Assembly: GCA_964035545.1 (NCBI GenBank)
Contig: OZ037772.1
Span: 11,344,818 to 11,408,817, forward strand
Source of the DNA: Bugula neritina
Taxonomy: Eukaryota; Animalia; Bryozoa
Direction of reading: 5' to 3'
DNA length: 64,000 nt
Of the stretch, positions 1-20,089 are shown one piece after another (position 1 is the stretch's first letter; each line of letters opens with the position of its first letter). Under the pieces are notes generated by a model. That model saw only the letters and a program-made list of their open reading frames with translations, was not told the DNA's origin and ran no database searches. The position numbers and the translations under genes are program-made.

Positions 1-508
1 CTTAATACTGGACAACTGAATTCTGAAGTCAGTAGCTAACATTATCTGCCTTCATATGAAATATCCTACAGTGTAGATTTGTTTGATTTCAACAAAACAG
101 CTAAAGACAGTTGATTCAGAAATAAATTTCCCTCAAAACTAGTCGAGAAATTATAGAGGTATTTCTTTCCTACACTCTCATGTTGTGAAAAAACATTCAA
201 ACACAATTTAAGATATTATTGTCTAATTTTAAATATTCAGAACTTATAATAGTTGTAAAAATATTGTGGAGAAGCTTTTCAAATTTCATCTTCTTCTATT
301 TAAAAACAGTTCAGGACCAAAGTTCGGAAAAGCTAAAGCAATAACTTGAATAAGCACATCCTAGCCCATAATAACACAAAAGAGTTGGGACTAATACAGC
401 TACTCCACACCAAACCAATCACTGACACATAGAACTTGGGCAATCACTGAACTTGTGTCCAGTGGATGTCCTTGAAACTAGCTGGAAGTACAGGACAGAC
501 GGACTTAC

Positions 509-1776
509 TTGTCAATAGATGCAATGGATTGTGGGTAAATACTCTTGAGCTTGCCGACCACAAACTTGTGCAGGGTGTCATAACTCTGAGTGGAGTTGTA
601 GGATATCACGTGTTTCTTTGGCTTAGAATCAGCAGTATGCGACGGAATGAACTAGAACACAGAGAGTTAGAGCTTCACTAGTTGAATGAATAAATGGTGG
701 CGGGGGGTTGGGGGGGGGGTTGGCCCGCCTTGAAAGGTAAATTTAGAATAACTGAACAAAGCTAACTGACAGAAAATGAATTTGGCAACTAAGAAATAGT
801 TACAGAAACTAAAGAATCTGGTGCACACTCAACACTACTTAACGGCACGGAAAGGCAATAGAACAGAACATGACTGACTACTTAAACTTGTAACTAATTT
901 CGGTAAAAACAATATCTTGAGGAGGAACTGAAAGCCGGAATACTCACAGTGAGGGTGGGATAAGCCACGATCCCGTGATCTCTGCAGACAGCAGCATTGC
1001 TCTCTTTGGCACAGTTGATGGCAGAGACCTGGACATACTTGGAGAGTCCTGAAGAAGAGATCAGAGTATGAGATAGTGTACAGAGACAGATAGACATAGA
1101 GAGACAGCAGAAGAAGACGGGACACTATAGCACTCACCCTTTAGGTTGGTGGCAGTGGATGTGTATAGTGGAACATAGTCTATGCAGTGTCCACACCATG
1201 ACAGATAGAACAATACCAACCAACAGCTCTCAGAGTTCTGCACCTTTCCATAGAAACTGTCGACCTCCAAGTTAACCACTGGCCCGCCATCTGCAATATC
1301 ACAACGAGGCTGTAAACAAGACAGTCTCTTCATGTTGCATAAAATTTGTAAATACAATAACCATACTGCAACAGTATTAGACTGAGGACCTATTGCTATG
1401 CAGCAAGCCTCAGGCTTACTGTTCCAAGACCATTTATAGCAATTTTTTCTTACTAGAGCACTTAAGAAACATTATAATTATTCAAAATTGTAAGTTTTTT
1501 GTAGCACATTACATAAACTTCTTGTAAATTTATTCAGCGAGATAACAACTTCTAAATATATTAAATATTTCAAAAAACACCAAATACCCATCTACCTACT
1601 AGCTCTTCGTATAAACTGCTTTAATAAATACCTGGATACAGATTGTTGGTGTTTTTAGCACCTGGCGCAGCCGCCAGGCCGCTGATAGACACAAACAGTA
1701 GAAACAGGAGGAGCGTCAGGTGAGAGTTGTAGCGCTGACAACTCCAGCTAGTAGCATAGGATGTAGTATCCACCAT
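509..1776 (-). CDS. QSOX: Quiescin sulfhydryl oxidase, 5' part (signal peptide + Trx1 domain); gene presumably continues beyond the left edge
   Basis: Phase-consistent GT-AG exons 1776-1632, 1290-1138, 1048-948, 651-509. They encode a hydrophobic leader (LTLLLFLLFVSISGLAA), then NLYPDGGPVVNL..F...V.NS...WLVLFYLSWCGHCI.Y.P and AINCAKESNAAVCRDHGIVAYPTLTFIP, which match the QSOX Trx1 region (WCGHC; xCAxExNxxVCR). The next exon was not identified within 1-508. Confidence 0.88.
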
Positions 1777-4700
1777 CTCAGACAGTAACTTATATACTGC
1801 TTCAGCTTTCCACAGCCATTGGATGCTAGAACATAGAACAATGACTTCTAGAGATAGAGCCAATAGCAGAGTAGATAGGTGCAGGTGTGGAGATCTGTTA
1901 GACAACCTGAGTATTACACTATAGTGTGTCATAAGTCATAAATTAGTAGAGATTTCACCTCTGAAGATTGCAGGCAATCTAGTTAACAAAACATCATGTA
2001 TGGTTAGAATTTAGATTATGGCGTGTCTTATATTTCTCCGTAGACTAGCGACCCACATCAACATACTCTTCAAATATTTTGGACACAATAACCTACAGTC
2101 TGACTCTTCATAAGAGCCGTGAGTTAAGAGTTGATTTAGTAAGCTGTAATTCCCGAGTTTCTAGTAGTATAACACAACTTCCAACAGCTAATAACTCAAA
2201 ATTTTATTTTAATTCTTGTAAAATTGAGAGCATTTGCTCCTCTGACTCATGCTAAAACTTCTGCTAAACAATAAACTTTCCTCTTTATGTTTAATTCTTG
2301 TTATATTGAGAAAACATAAAATCAATGATTTTCATTGTTTGTTTGCTAAAGACAAATTATAAAAATAATTGTTGTTAAATAAGTATAATAATGTTTTTTA
2401 TATTGTTTTATGCTAAAAATTAAACTTTATTCCGAGGCTAAATGCGAAAAGAAAACACATCATTTAGCCAATTAAAATGACGTAGTCGAAGAAAGTTTTC
2501 AATATACTGAAAACACTACACAGCTTGAAGGGGAAGAGAAACTGGCATATAAAATACAATCACTAAACATAAGAAATATTAGAAAATATATTTCTGAATA
2601 GCAGTCAATAATTTTACACACCAGAAAATCTCTGAATGCATGCAAAACACAGGCCTACAGAGCGTTCAGTGTGATTTCAAATTTGACTTCACTCAAATTT
2701 TAAAGAGCTACACCCTACATGAAAGCTGCAGTACCATGTAGAACACTTGTCACTCGCATGAAGTTTCAGTAAGTAATGTACGATTTGTGTTTACTCAACC
2801 GTGAATATAATTAATTAAAACGCAATTGTGGCACCCGTAAGCCTACACACTTACACAGCAGTGCACAAGATCAGTTTTATTGACCAGAAGAAAACTCGAG
2901 TAGCAACTACCAGCATTTTTAATTATCATTTTTATCAAAGTCTAAGCATGATATCACATTTTACAGCACAGTACAAGAAGCCAAACATTTTCTTTAGAAT
3001 ACCTCATATACAATTTAGGTGCTTTCATATGACTATCAAATTGTTATATTATGAATGTTTATGTGAGACACTAGCATATTTTGCTTTTCCACAAGTAACT
3101 AAAAATTTCCAATGCAGGTTTATGACATCATATGTAAACCTTGTTATTTTACATATAAAAATATTAATTTTATCTGACATGTAGCTTTAATTATCCTGGA
3201 AGTAAACTTGATTTAAACATACATTCATATAAGTTAATTGTCAATAACATATACTGAGCCTAACAATCTCTATTTAAGCATATAACTACTAGACTTGCAG
3301 CTGTAGCCCACAACACTAAGTATAAGTAGCAGCAGTCCCAATTGACATTAGTATATCATTATTAGTTAATCTACTAAAATATTAATTTCATCATTATAAT
3401 TATAATAGGTTACAAACTCAGTATCATTATGGCCAATAACTGCAGTACCTGGAGGTTTAGTCAAACTCAAAGGTAATTAGTGTTAGTATTAGTGATTATA
3501 ATGAGTGAATACTGAGTAGATAATATGATAAGTTACAATCTCAATTTGACTTGATTTTCTTTCAAGTTTAATGAGTTACTAATTTGGCATTCATGTTGAT
3601 ATTCATATAACTGAAAGATCATGACAAGGTTTGCGATCTTTATTAAATTGTTCAATCATCATAAAATTAAGTAACATGATAGCTTTCTTTTAGTAAATTT
3701 GTATTATTTAATAATATTACTATAAATAATTATCCTTAGCTTGGAGAACATCAAATATCAAATGCAAATAACTTCAAGTAATCTGTAATAAGCGAACTCT
3801 TACTCTTGGTTTTACCTAACCTATAATCATTGTTATGCTATTACTATTGGTATTAGTCATACTTTTACCATTATACTTTAGTACTAGGCCTACTATTAGT
3901 ATTTGCAGCTGCAAATAACATGAATAGCATCAGCACTAGTAGTATTAATACTAATAACTCAAATAGTAATAGTAGCAAGGACTAGTACTAGTAGTCCAAT
4001 ACATAAGCATGTAATTTCTACATTTTTTCAACTTTGAAAAACGTTTGTGACTCACTGTGTCATTTATTAAGCAATGTCAATTGTCATTGTGTCACATTCA
4101 ATTTCATGATTCATTCAATCAATGATTAATAAAAAATAAATCTGAAAATCATGAATTTGAAAACCAAAATGTAAAAATATTACTAAAAGTAAAAAAAAAG
4201 TGAATGGCACTTTCACTTCTACTTCCAAGACTTAAAGGTAAACTAAAACTTACCTTTTACTTTTAGTTTTTTTGAATTTGAGTTTCACAAACTCAAACCC
4301 CCTATTTCAGTTTTTCTTTGGTAGAGTCTTTAGAATTCAACCTGGCTTTTCAAAGAGTAGGACAAGTGACTAAATCTAGTGACACTGACAGTCACACTCA
4401 CTGTGAGTGAAGTGACACTCAGTCTGAGTCTCACACTAATTCTGACTTCTGAGTTTGACTCCAAGTCTAACAGTAACTTAAACTTGAAATGTTAGCCTTT
4501 TACTTCTAGTTCCAACAGTATTATTATATTGAGTGATTCACCTTGACGTTAATTGTGACACTACTGTAACAAGTATTGCTCTACCAAACAATGGCAGTAT
4601 ATAAGTAGCGTGTTAATACTTGTGACTCCTTCAACATAATTTCACGATTAACACTGGGAAAGGAAACTGTTGGACTCCGTCAGCAAAATGTGGAAATGTT

Positions 4701-5628
4701 GTAATTGCAGTTGTTGCGAAATAGTCAAGGTTTTAGCAAAGAGCGTGGAGTTATCTTTTCTTAAGTGTCTGACGTATTGAAAACACAACTACGAGAAGTT
4801 ACTTTCTTTATTGTAAAATGAACAAGAATTAGCTCAAAAATTTCTGCTGCAAAATATCCCACAACTGTACTGCTCATGTATTTTTAGGCTAATAAATGAT
4901 AAAATTCAAGTTTTTTGACAATAATGATAACTTCTTAGCAGCTGGTGATTCCAAAACAGCCTCTACTCATCAGAATTATATAAGTTTCATTAGATAGTTG
5001 TAACATAGATAAATTGACGAATTTGTTCTATAAACCATTAATACATCAAACTTGGTAATATTAAAGCAAATAGTAAATCTTAAAATATTAAACCCAAAAA
5101 AATCTTCCTTATATATATTATATATATGACAAGGTGGCATAAACTATAAAATACTGAGAGCAAATGTACAAGCTGTAATGTGAGAGTGGTGCTTGGACAG
5201 TTCAACTACAAGTACAACCACTACTAAATATTTTATTTGTTTCTCATTGATATAAAAAGTATGTCCTTATTCACAAATGCTAAAGGAATTAAACACAAAT
5301 TAATATAAATAATAATCATAAATGATGTAGAAAGTATTACTCTATATAGAAATATATTATGTTAACGCTAACTATATTTAAAATAAAACATCAAAGACCA
5401 AATATTGCAATTTTCAAAATAAATTTATATAAATAACAAAACAAGAGTGACATAGCATGAAGAGTCTATATGGTTTATATACAACATTCATTTATCTGAA
5501 GTAGAAAAATCCCCTTTCGTGCAATGTGCAGTGTGGTAAGCTTTCTCTTGCCTCTTTCCTTAGTTTATGGAGGTGGAAATTCTTTCACACATATTTACTG
5601 CCAATCTGGACAAACATGAATGGTTATG

Positions 5629-5770
5629 TAAGCAGCTTTTAGTTGAGGGTAAATGAGTGCAGTAGTTTGGGTTTCTTGAGATCAGTGTTGGGGGTTTTAA
5701 TAAGCCCCCAACTCTAAACTCAAGAACCATAAACTATTGCACTTATTCTCCCCCAACTTAGAGCTGCTTA
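5629..5770. mobile_element. MITE-like imperfect foldback (~140 bp) with TA at both ends
   Basis: Left arm TAAGCAGCT..AGTTG.GGG..A.TGAGTGCA.TAGTTT.GGTTTCTTGAG...GTTGGGGG pairs with right arm CCCCCAAC...CTCAAGAACC.TAAACTATTGCACT...CCCCAACT..AGCTGCTTA. Confidence 0.6.
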
Positions 5771-6021
5771 TAGCACTATTCGAAGAAACATATCAAACAC
5801 AATTGAAGTAGAAACTGAGGCTATAGCTACAGTTGAGTTAGGGTAGTTTAACAAACGTCCCCTTAACTCCACAAAGTAGTATGAGTACACTCAGCTACAG
5901 TATATAAAAAGCTTAAGGTGCATGACAAAACAATGCAAGAGATTTTCCTTTTATTGCTGCATAACTTACCATAAAGCTCATCATAATGTGTTTTATTCAA
6001 CAAGTATTTAATGACCCTATG

Positions 6022-12853
<6,832 letters not shown>

Positions 12854-12867
12854 CTACAATATAATAT

Positions 12868-13205
12868 TGTGTCACCTTGTGTACAGTGTCACCTTGTGTA
12901 CTGTGTCACCTTGTACACAGTGTCACCTTGTACACAGTGTCGCGTTGTATACAGTGTCACCTTGTACACAGTGTCACCTTGTACACAGTGTCACCTTGTA
13001 TACTGTGTCACCTTATATGCAGTGTCACCTTGTATACTGTGTCACCTTGTGTACAGTGTCACCTTGTGTACTGTGTCACTTTGTACTGTGTCACCTTGTA
13101 TACAGTGTTACCTTGCATGCGGTGTCACCTTGTATAAGGTGTCACTATATATAAATTGCCACCTTGCGTACAGTGTCACCTTGTATTCGGTGTCATCTTG
13201 TACAC
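12868..13205. repeat. 17-19 bp minisatellite (CAGTGTCACCTTGTATA) abutting a SKOR acceptor
   Basis: Tandem tgtcaccttgt units; source of the spurious ORFs at 12735-13240. Confidence 0.93.
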
Positions 13206-13372
13206 AACATTTCAAAGTATATTATTGTATACAAAATTAGATGTACTTTTTCTCAAAATATGCCTATAAAAAGCATCTGCTATACTGACATTATATAGTT
13301 TGTATAAAAACATCATCATTTGACTTTGGACCACCATAATCTTTTATATTTACCATTAGCTCTTTGTAACTA

Positions 13373-13580
13373 GGGAGCAGCTGTGGTCTATAGAGGTTAA
13401 TTCGTTTGCCTATAGTAAGCATGAAGTCATGGGTTTGAACCCCAATAAAGGTGATGTTAGGAAGAGCATCCAGTCATAATTGCTCCTGTGCCCCATCTGA
13501 ATAAGTCCTTAGCCCGACTTAACAAAACCCTTTCCATCAGGGGTTTTCTCACAGGGATGGCGACTATAAACTTGCGTGAC
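13373..13580 (+). mobile_element. tRNA-derived SINE copy 2
   Basis: GGGAGCAGCTGTGGTCT...GTCATGGGTTTGAACCC...GGTGATGTTAGGAAGAGCATCCAGTCATAATTGCTCC...CTCACAGGGATGGCGACT...TTGCGTGA, collinear with copy 1. Confidence 0.85.
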
Positions 13581-14160
13581 TTTAAGTTTTGTAAATATTA
13601 TGTAATATGAGAGATTTGCTGTTATAACTAAATCATAAAATAAAAAAACTTTTGCAAAAAGAATGTTATATAAAGAGTTCGATATTTCATCTCACTTGCT
13701 ATAGTTCTAGAGAAATCCATTACTTATAGAATCTTGTAAAGCAATATTTAAATAATAGCCGTACAGAAATGAAGAGCACTTTTGTTAGCTAAATCATTAT
13801 GTACTACTGATTAAATGCTGAAGAATTATACCAATGCAATCTAAATTGTGATTGATTTTTAAAAATTACAGAACTCGAGTGGTAAAGCTAAAAGGGTAAT
13901 GCCATGATTGCTGCAACTATATGTAAGCCATAATAATTATATCTGCATCTCCTCTAACTACACTTTAGCTAAATTATTATGTTTTCTTATAAATATATAT
14001 GCAATTGGCTATGGATTACTATTGGCTAAGATATTGCCTATTCATGACAATGTAAATATATATCATCAATTGCTATAGGGCAAATGATTGTTCGTATATT
14101 GTAAAACTTGCAGTTGAAATGTTTTTAGCTTTTTGCATTATTTTTTGATGTTGATAATAA

Positions 14161-14511
14161 AAAAGTGCTAATATGATATAATTATTAACATAATATTATA
14201 TTAAAAAAATTTATAGATTTGTTTTAAAAAATAAACACTGAAGTTTTTCAAAGGTTAATGGTTAATCGTTTCTTTTAATAGTTAACTTTGCATACTGTGA
14301 AAATATATTCTACACTAAATGACAAAATTGCCCAAAAGTGCTAATATAATATAATTATTAACATAATATTATATTAAAAAAAATTATAGATTTGTTTTAA
14401 AAAATAAACACTGAAGTTTTTCAAAGGTTAATGGTTAATCGTTTCTTTTAATAGTTAACTTTGCATACTGTGAAAATATCTTCTACACTAAATGACAAAA
14501 TTGCCCAAAAG
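14161..14511. repeat. 173-bp direct tandem duplication
   Basis: Copy 1 at 14161-14333 and copy 2 at 14334-14506 are nearly identical; AAAAG occurs at both boundaries and at the junction. Confidence 0.95.
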
Positions 14512-17500
14512 CAGCAATTAGCCACATTTGATTTATTTTTTTAATAATGCATTTCTTATGTGTAGCAGTATCATAAAATAAGATTTCTCATCCACTATTC
14601 TTTATGCTAGAAGATTTAACAACTTTCAAAGTAGCTTTCGAGTAGTAAAAGACGTTAATTATGCTGTTTGAGAAGACATGTTTAATTTTGCGTGTAGAAT
14701 AATCACTAATCCAAGACTCAGTTTAAACTTTCAAGACATGGAAGTGGCAAGTACTTAAGAAATTAATTAGATAGTGTTGATCATCGTTATATAATAGAAC
14801 CATTTATGCCATTATGTACAGCTACTTAACTAGCATGGCATATAATGAAACCATCACTAATTGTATATTTAATATACCCTATGCTCACTTGTCTTCATTT
14901 AATCAACTTTGGCTTGGAATGTAATACAATATAATATATACATTTTATATTTTAATTGGTAAAAATACTATAATTATAATAGTTTACAGAATCTTAGTCT
15001 TGAGTCAATGACATTGCGCAAGCAGCAAATGGCAGATGTTGAAGCAGTAATTTTGTGCTGGAAGCCCTTGGAAAGTCTATAATTAATACTTTTACTAAAA
15101 TGTTTTCAGTAAACAAAACTTAGAATATTAAAAGTGTTGGTTTGCTGTAAGCTAAAATTTAACTTCATAATCATTTCATTGTAGGTAGTTATTAAAAAGA
15201 AAGCCACAGACTAGATAGTATGTTTCCCATTAAGTTGATAGAAGACACTGCTATATTTTATTTTTTGATTTGTGAATTACTTTTTTACTAAAAACACAAC
15301 ACTATTGAGCTATGAATCAAATTATAAATCTTGAATGAAAGGTTTGAAATACAACTTATTTATACTAATATTAAATCTGATATCATTGCGATATTATAAT
15401 AATTACTACATATACACATATGGGCGTATAGAAGCATGACCAATTTTTTCTATCTGTTTTAAAAAGTAAAAACTTGAAAAGTTATTTCAGACATCTAAAT
15501 TAGTTTTTGCATGTTTTTATTCACTGTAAAAGACTTAGGGGTGTGTGTTCTGTAGAAACCTGTTCTATTTGAAAAAAAACTAAAGCAATACTGCTTAAAA
15601 CAGCATTTTTAGAACACCATTAGTGAAATTGATATATATTAATATTTGATATAACTTACACGATCAATTAATTCAATATATAGCATTAAAGCTTTTATCT
15701 AGCCATTTTCATACCACAACAAAATTATTTATTTTCAAAAACAAAATTATTTTAAAAAATTTCCTTTATTTTGTTCTGGGTAGATTTGGTATAAGTTCCA
15801 ATTTCTTTTACAATATGAAATTATAAAAAAATAGTACATGCCAACTAAAGGGAGTATTGTCAATTTATATGTTAGGTCCATCAAACTATTCTATATTATC
15901 TATTAACATACTAAATACTAGAGCACATTAAAAAAATGCTCTCAATGTTGAAATAACATCCTAGTAAAATTATAAAAATTACTAAAAATATATAAGCAAA
16001 AATTTATTAAAAAAACGTTTGCAAACAATTGGGAGGTATTAAATGCTGTGTTGGTATAGCAAGTGATGGGAGTAGACTTAATACACTATAACTCACCAAA
16101 CAGCATAACACCGTTTTCAGGTTTCATTAATTGGATTTTAGAGATAAAACAGAAAATTTAAGGACATAGTTTTATCTTAGTTTCACAATAAATTTTTCAA
16201 GATAATATTTAATATTATTGTCGCATAAGCATAAGTTACAATTTTACAAACTTGAGCAATTTAGGCAAGAAATTTTTATCTAAATAATAACAATAAAAAT
16301 TAATTGCATATATAAAAAGTAAAGAAAGTAGTTTGTTGGTTATTCTAAGGATTTTTAAACTTAATATTTTTGCTCCTGAAAATAAATCAGGGGCTACTGG
16401 GCCATCATATTATTATAATGTTTTACTAGTTTTCAAATTTTCAGCATTACCTATTTTACATTTTTAGTTTAGGCAAATAACTTTGCGGTATGTAAAAGTA
16501 GCTCAACTTTGATATAAAAATACACTGCTTTATAAAAGCTGAATAGTGACTGAAACACCAACCTGCATGTCCATGTTTCCCTCTGAATAAAAGACAGTCC
16601 TCTAGCTGTGCACAGAGTAATCTCTCACATATATTTATTGATCTCAGACCACTGACTTGCTCTGTATATAGAAACATATTTACTTTTTCAAAACTGTCCT
16701 CAAAATACATGTCGCTCTTGTCATGAGATTTGAAGAAATATTGACCAATCATGTTAAAGCTTGATTAAAATAGCTAAATGAACAGCTAAGCTGTGTTTGT
16801 ATTATAATTACTACATTGGAACACTTAATATTGGAAACCTGCAGGTGTATTAACTAATGTGAATAATTAATAATACATTTAGATTTTACTTGGAAAAAAT
16901 ACAGTCACTGAAATACTGAATGAATTACATGTATCATGGGACTCATGCAATATCACTGACACGCGTTTCACCTTTTTTAAATCAAATGAAAGCTACGGAT
17001 TTTTAAATATGGAAAGCACAATGTAATCTATTTTGTAAAAAAAACCTTGTTTTGATTGTTAAAATCTGATGTTGCTCCTTCACAAAATCTTACCTTTAAT
17101 AATAAGCTTTGCTAAATCTATAATTTCCCATGTTAAAATAATATAGCAAATAAGCAATTAGATATTGAAGACACAAATGGAACATGTGAACACTGTGTTC
17201 GCACTTAAGTCTAAAAGCTTCTCTTTTTCCAACACTTATCGTAGACGATAAACTTTGAAACAATTATTTTAAAAGATATTATATAAGAAATTTGTCGAAG
17301 TACTTTATTATATTTTTATTTATACCAAAACGTGAATGAACAAAATAGAAGCTATAAAAATAATTAAAAGATTGTTGAAACTATATGTAATGAATTTCTA
17401 TAATTTTGTGATAATTAAAAAAATATATTTAAAAAAAGAGCATTTAATCAATCAAACTGTGAATAACAGGGTTGATGTAACATATTATGTTGAGCTTAAC

Positions 17501-20089
17501 AGGGTTGATAAAAGTTTTAAATGGTAGCTTATTGTGAACAGTTAATGTGAGCTTCTTCTTGGTTTGAGTTTGCAGTGTATGCTGCACCAGTTTCATGTAA
17601 ACAAGAATAAATTTATGTTTACCACCATTAAGCAGCTTCAAAAGTTCTCAGGATTGAGTAACTGAAGTGCAGTCCAAGAGGTTATTACTTTCAAATAATT
17701 ATAGTTTATCCACTAATAGACTAACAACATCAAAGCCAACATAGTGTTATAATTAGAATTAGAAACTCAGCATTGAATATTTCACATCAATGAGTTCTCA
17801 GAATACATAGTTTCAAGTATGTTGGCCTGCACAATGGAAACGGTGTAAATGTTTATATTGCAGCAAATCTATAATTATATATTTTTCTTGTAATGGCTGT
17901 TAGCTAATGTTTTTATGTCGACAAGTTTAATTTACCTTTCTATTTGATAAGCTCAATCAAATCAAGTGGTCTTTCACGATGTCAATACATCGTCATGGGA
18001 ACCCGTATCCATCATATTAATGTGAATATAGTGCCTACTTGATGTACTCGTCTATTGTTTAGTTGAGATTCAAGTATTTTGATGAAGGTAATAAATAATT
18101 ACTTTGTCATTTGACCACACTGCCTGCGTAAACCTTCAAGAAATCAAATTCAGCTCACACCAAGTTTTATTAAATTCTCATCGATATCTCAAGTAAATTA
18201 AAAATTTATTTCTATTAAAAGTTTATTCATTAAACAAAATGACAAGAAAATGTCTTCTATTGCTTTTATCTGGTGACACGAATAAATTATAACTAATCAT
18301 ATCACAGGGAAATTAAGTTGATAATTATTTGAATTACTGTCAACCCGGCTGTCGTTGATACAAGAAATTAAAATGCTCTACCGATGCTTCTCACAGCAAT
18401 TGAAAGCAAGCACATGTCTTTGTATATTCTCTCCTAGCATTATAGCCTCACTTCATGGTCATTGTCAAAGGGGCATGTAGCAGTACAACAAAATGTTTAA
18501 AACTAGAGCAATGTTTTACAAAAAATATTCCTTTCAAGTCACACTCCTATGTGACATACTTCATACATCTCTTGCTTTATTGTAAATTTCTTGTACTATA
18601 CTCACTTATTCCATTTTAGATAAAGGGAACACCAAAGTTGCAGTTTGCTATGCATTTTACTTTAGCAGTTGCCTTTCCTTTGTTGCCTATTGGTGTAAAG
18701 CTAATTGAGTCAGTTTACTTCATTTAGTACACACCAGCAACTTATGACCTAACAGTAAAGTTTGCTCAAAATATATTGTAATTTACTATACATGCTATTT
18801 TTATGTGCTGATCTTAACTACGCATAGCAGCAGAGGCTAGGAGGGGATTCCCCAACATTAAAGCACAGGTCATTGTCATATGCACTTAATATTCTATCTG
18901 TGCGGGACCGAAAAAACATGGGAAATAAAGCAGAATTAAAAAGAACTTTGATTATTTAGGTGTATTTATTGGTGTTTTACTAGTTTTGGCCAAAAAACCA
19001 TGTTCATTACCAGCTAAGTTGTGAAAAATAGCCAAAAACTGAAGATATCCAGTGTGTACTAAATTAAGTAAAATGACCCAATTATATGACCTTGTTCTAA
19101 TTTATGTTGCATTAACAATTTGTGAGAAACTTAGAAAATTTTTCTAACTAAAAAAAGCTTGAACGTTCCTGTTATCAAAATAATCAAACATAACCCAAAT
19201 GTTATAATGCCAAAAGAAAACATTTATTTTATTTATACTCTATGTAATCGTTTCCATAAGCCAGTTAAAAGTTGAATCAATACACATTTATCTATATTTC
19301 AATAGCTACAGTTTAAAGTTACATCAGTCTCTCTGATAGGCTAATAGCACCTCCTATCAGAAAAGGTAACTCATTTCAAGACACACTGAGTATATATCAA
19401 ATGTCAGGATAAAAGATAAAACTAGCATGCATAATCACTCAACACAACAAACCAAGCCAAAAACAAACTGGCAAAATATTACACGTATAAATAATAGAAC
19501 GTCAACTTGTTGTAGCAAAATAATATAATAAATGACTCGTTGAGAGAGAACGACTCCACTGTCTGGTGGGTAATTACTAGAGAAAATTATGCAGTCTTTT
19601 CAGAAATCACTGATTGTCGTCGAGTGCTTGTGTAGAAGATGGAAAAAACTCATATAATTTATACAGTTTGTAAAAGTATGCAGAGATTGTTACAGTAAAA
19701 ATTGTTCAAATTCAATACCAGTGACAGCGCGTAAATTGGTGGCAGCCCATGAAAAATCAAGCCAGCATGGTAACTCTTCTCCGTAAAAATTAAACAATTT
19801 CTTTAAATAGAGTTCATATTTTATAAAGATGAAAATAGTTTATATAATCTTATATACTTGTAAGGCAACACTTAGTTGATTGAGACTATCTCATAAATGA
19901 TGTAATATTCTTTTGATATTCAATAAAGATTAAAATTTTCCAATAGTTGCTATTTGGCACACTTTCCAAAAGTTGCTTGTAGTTAATTAAAACTAAGGAA
20001 AGGATTTCTGTTTATATAAACTGAGATTACTGTATGAGAGAGTCATGGACTAGTGTAGGATCCACAATGGAGCTTCTGGTTGGCTGTGT

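Noticed and set aside
1-508. Further QSOX exons
   Set aside because: The candidate acceptors I tested lead to stops in the required phase; the next exon probably lies outside the window.
697-722. G-tracts as G-quadruplex regulators (also near 11220 and 24770)
   Set aside because: Simple homopolymer runs with no further supporting evidence.
16097-16127. Candidate SKOR first coding exon (ATG AAA CCT ... TTT G|GTGAGT)
   Set aside because: Its phase-1 donor does not match the phase-0 acceptor at 12853; the SKOR start remains unassigned.
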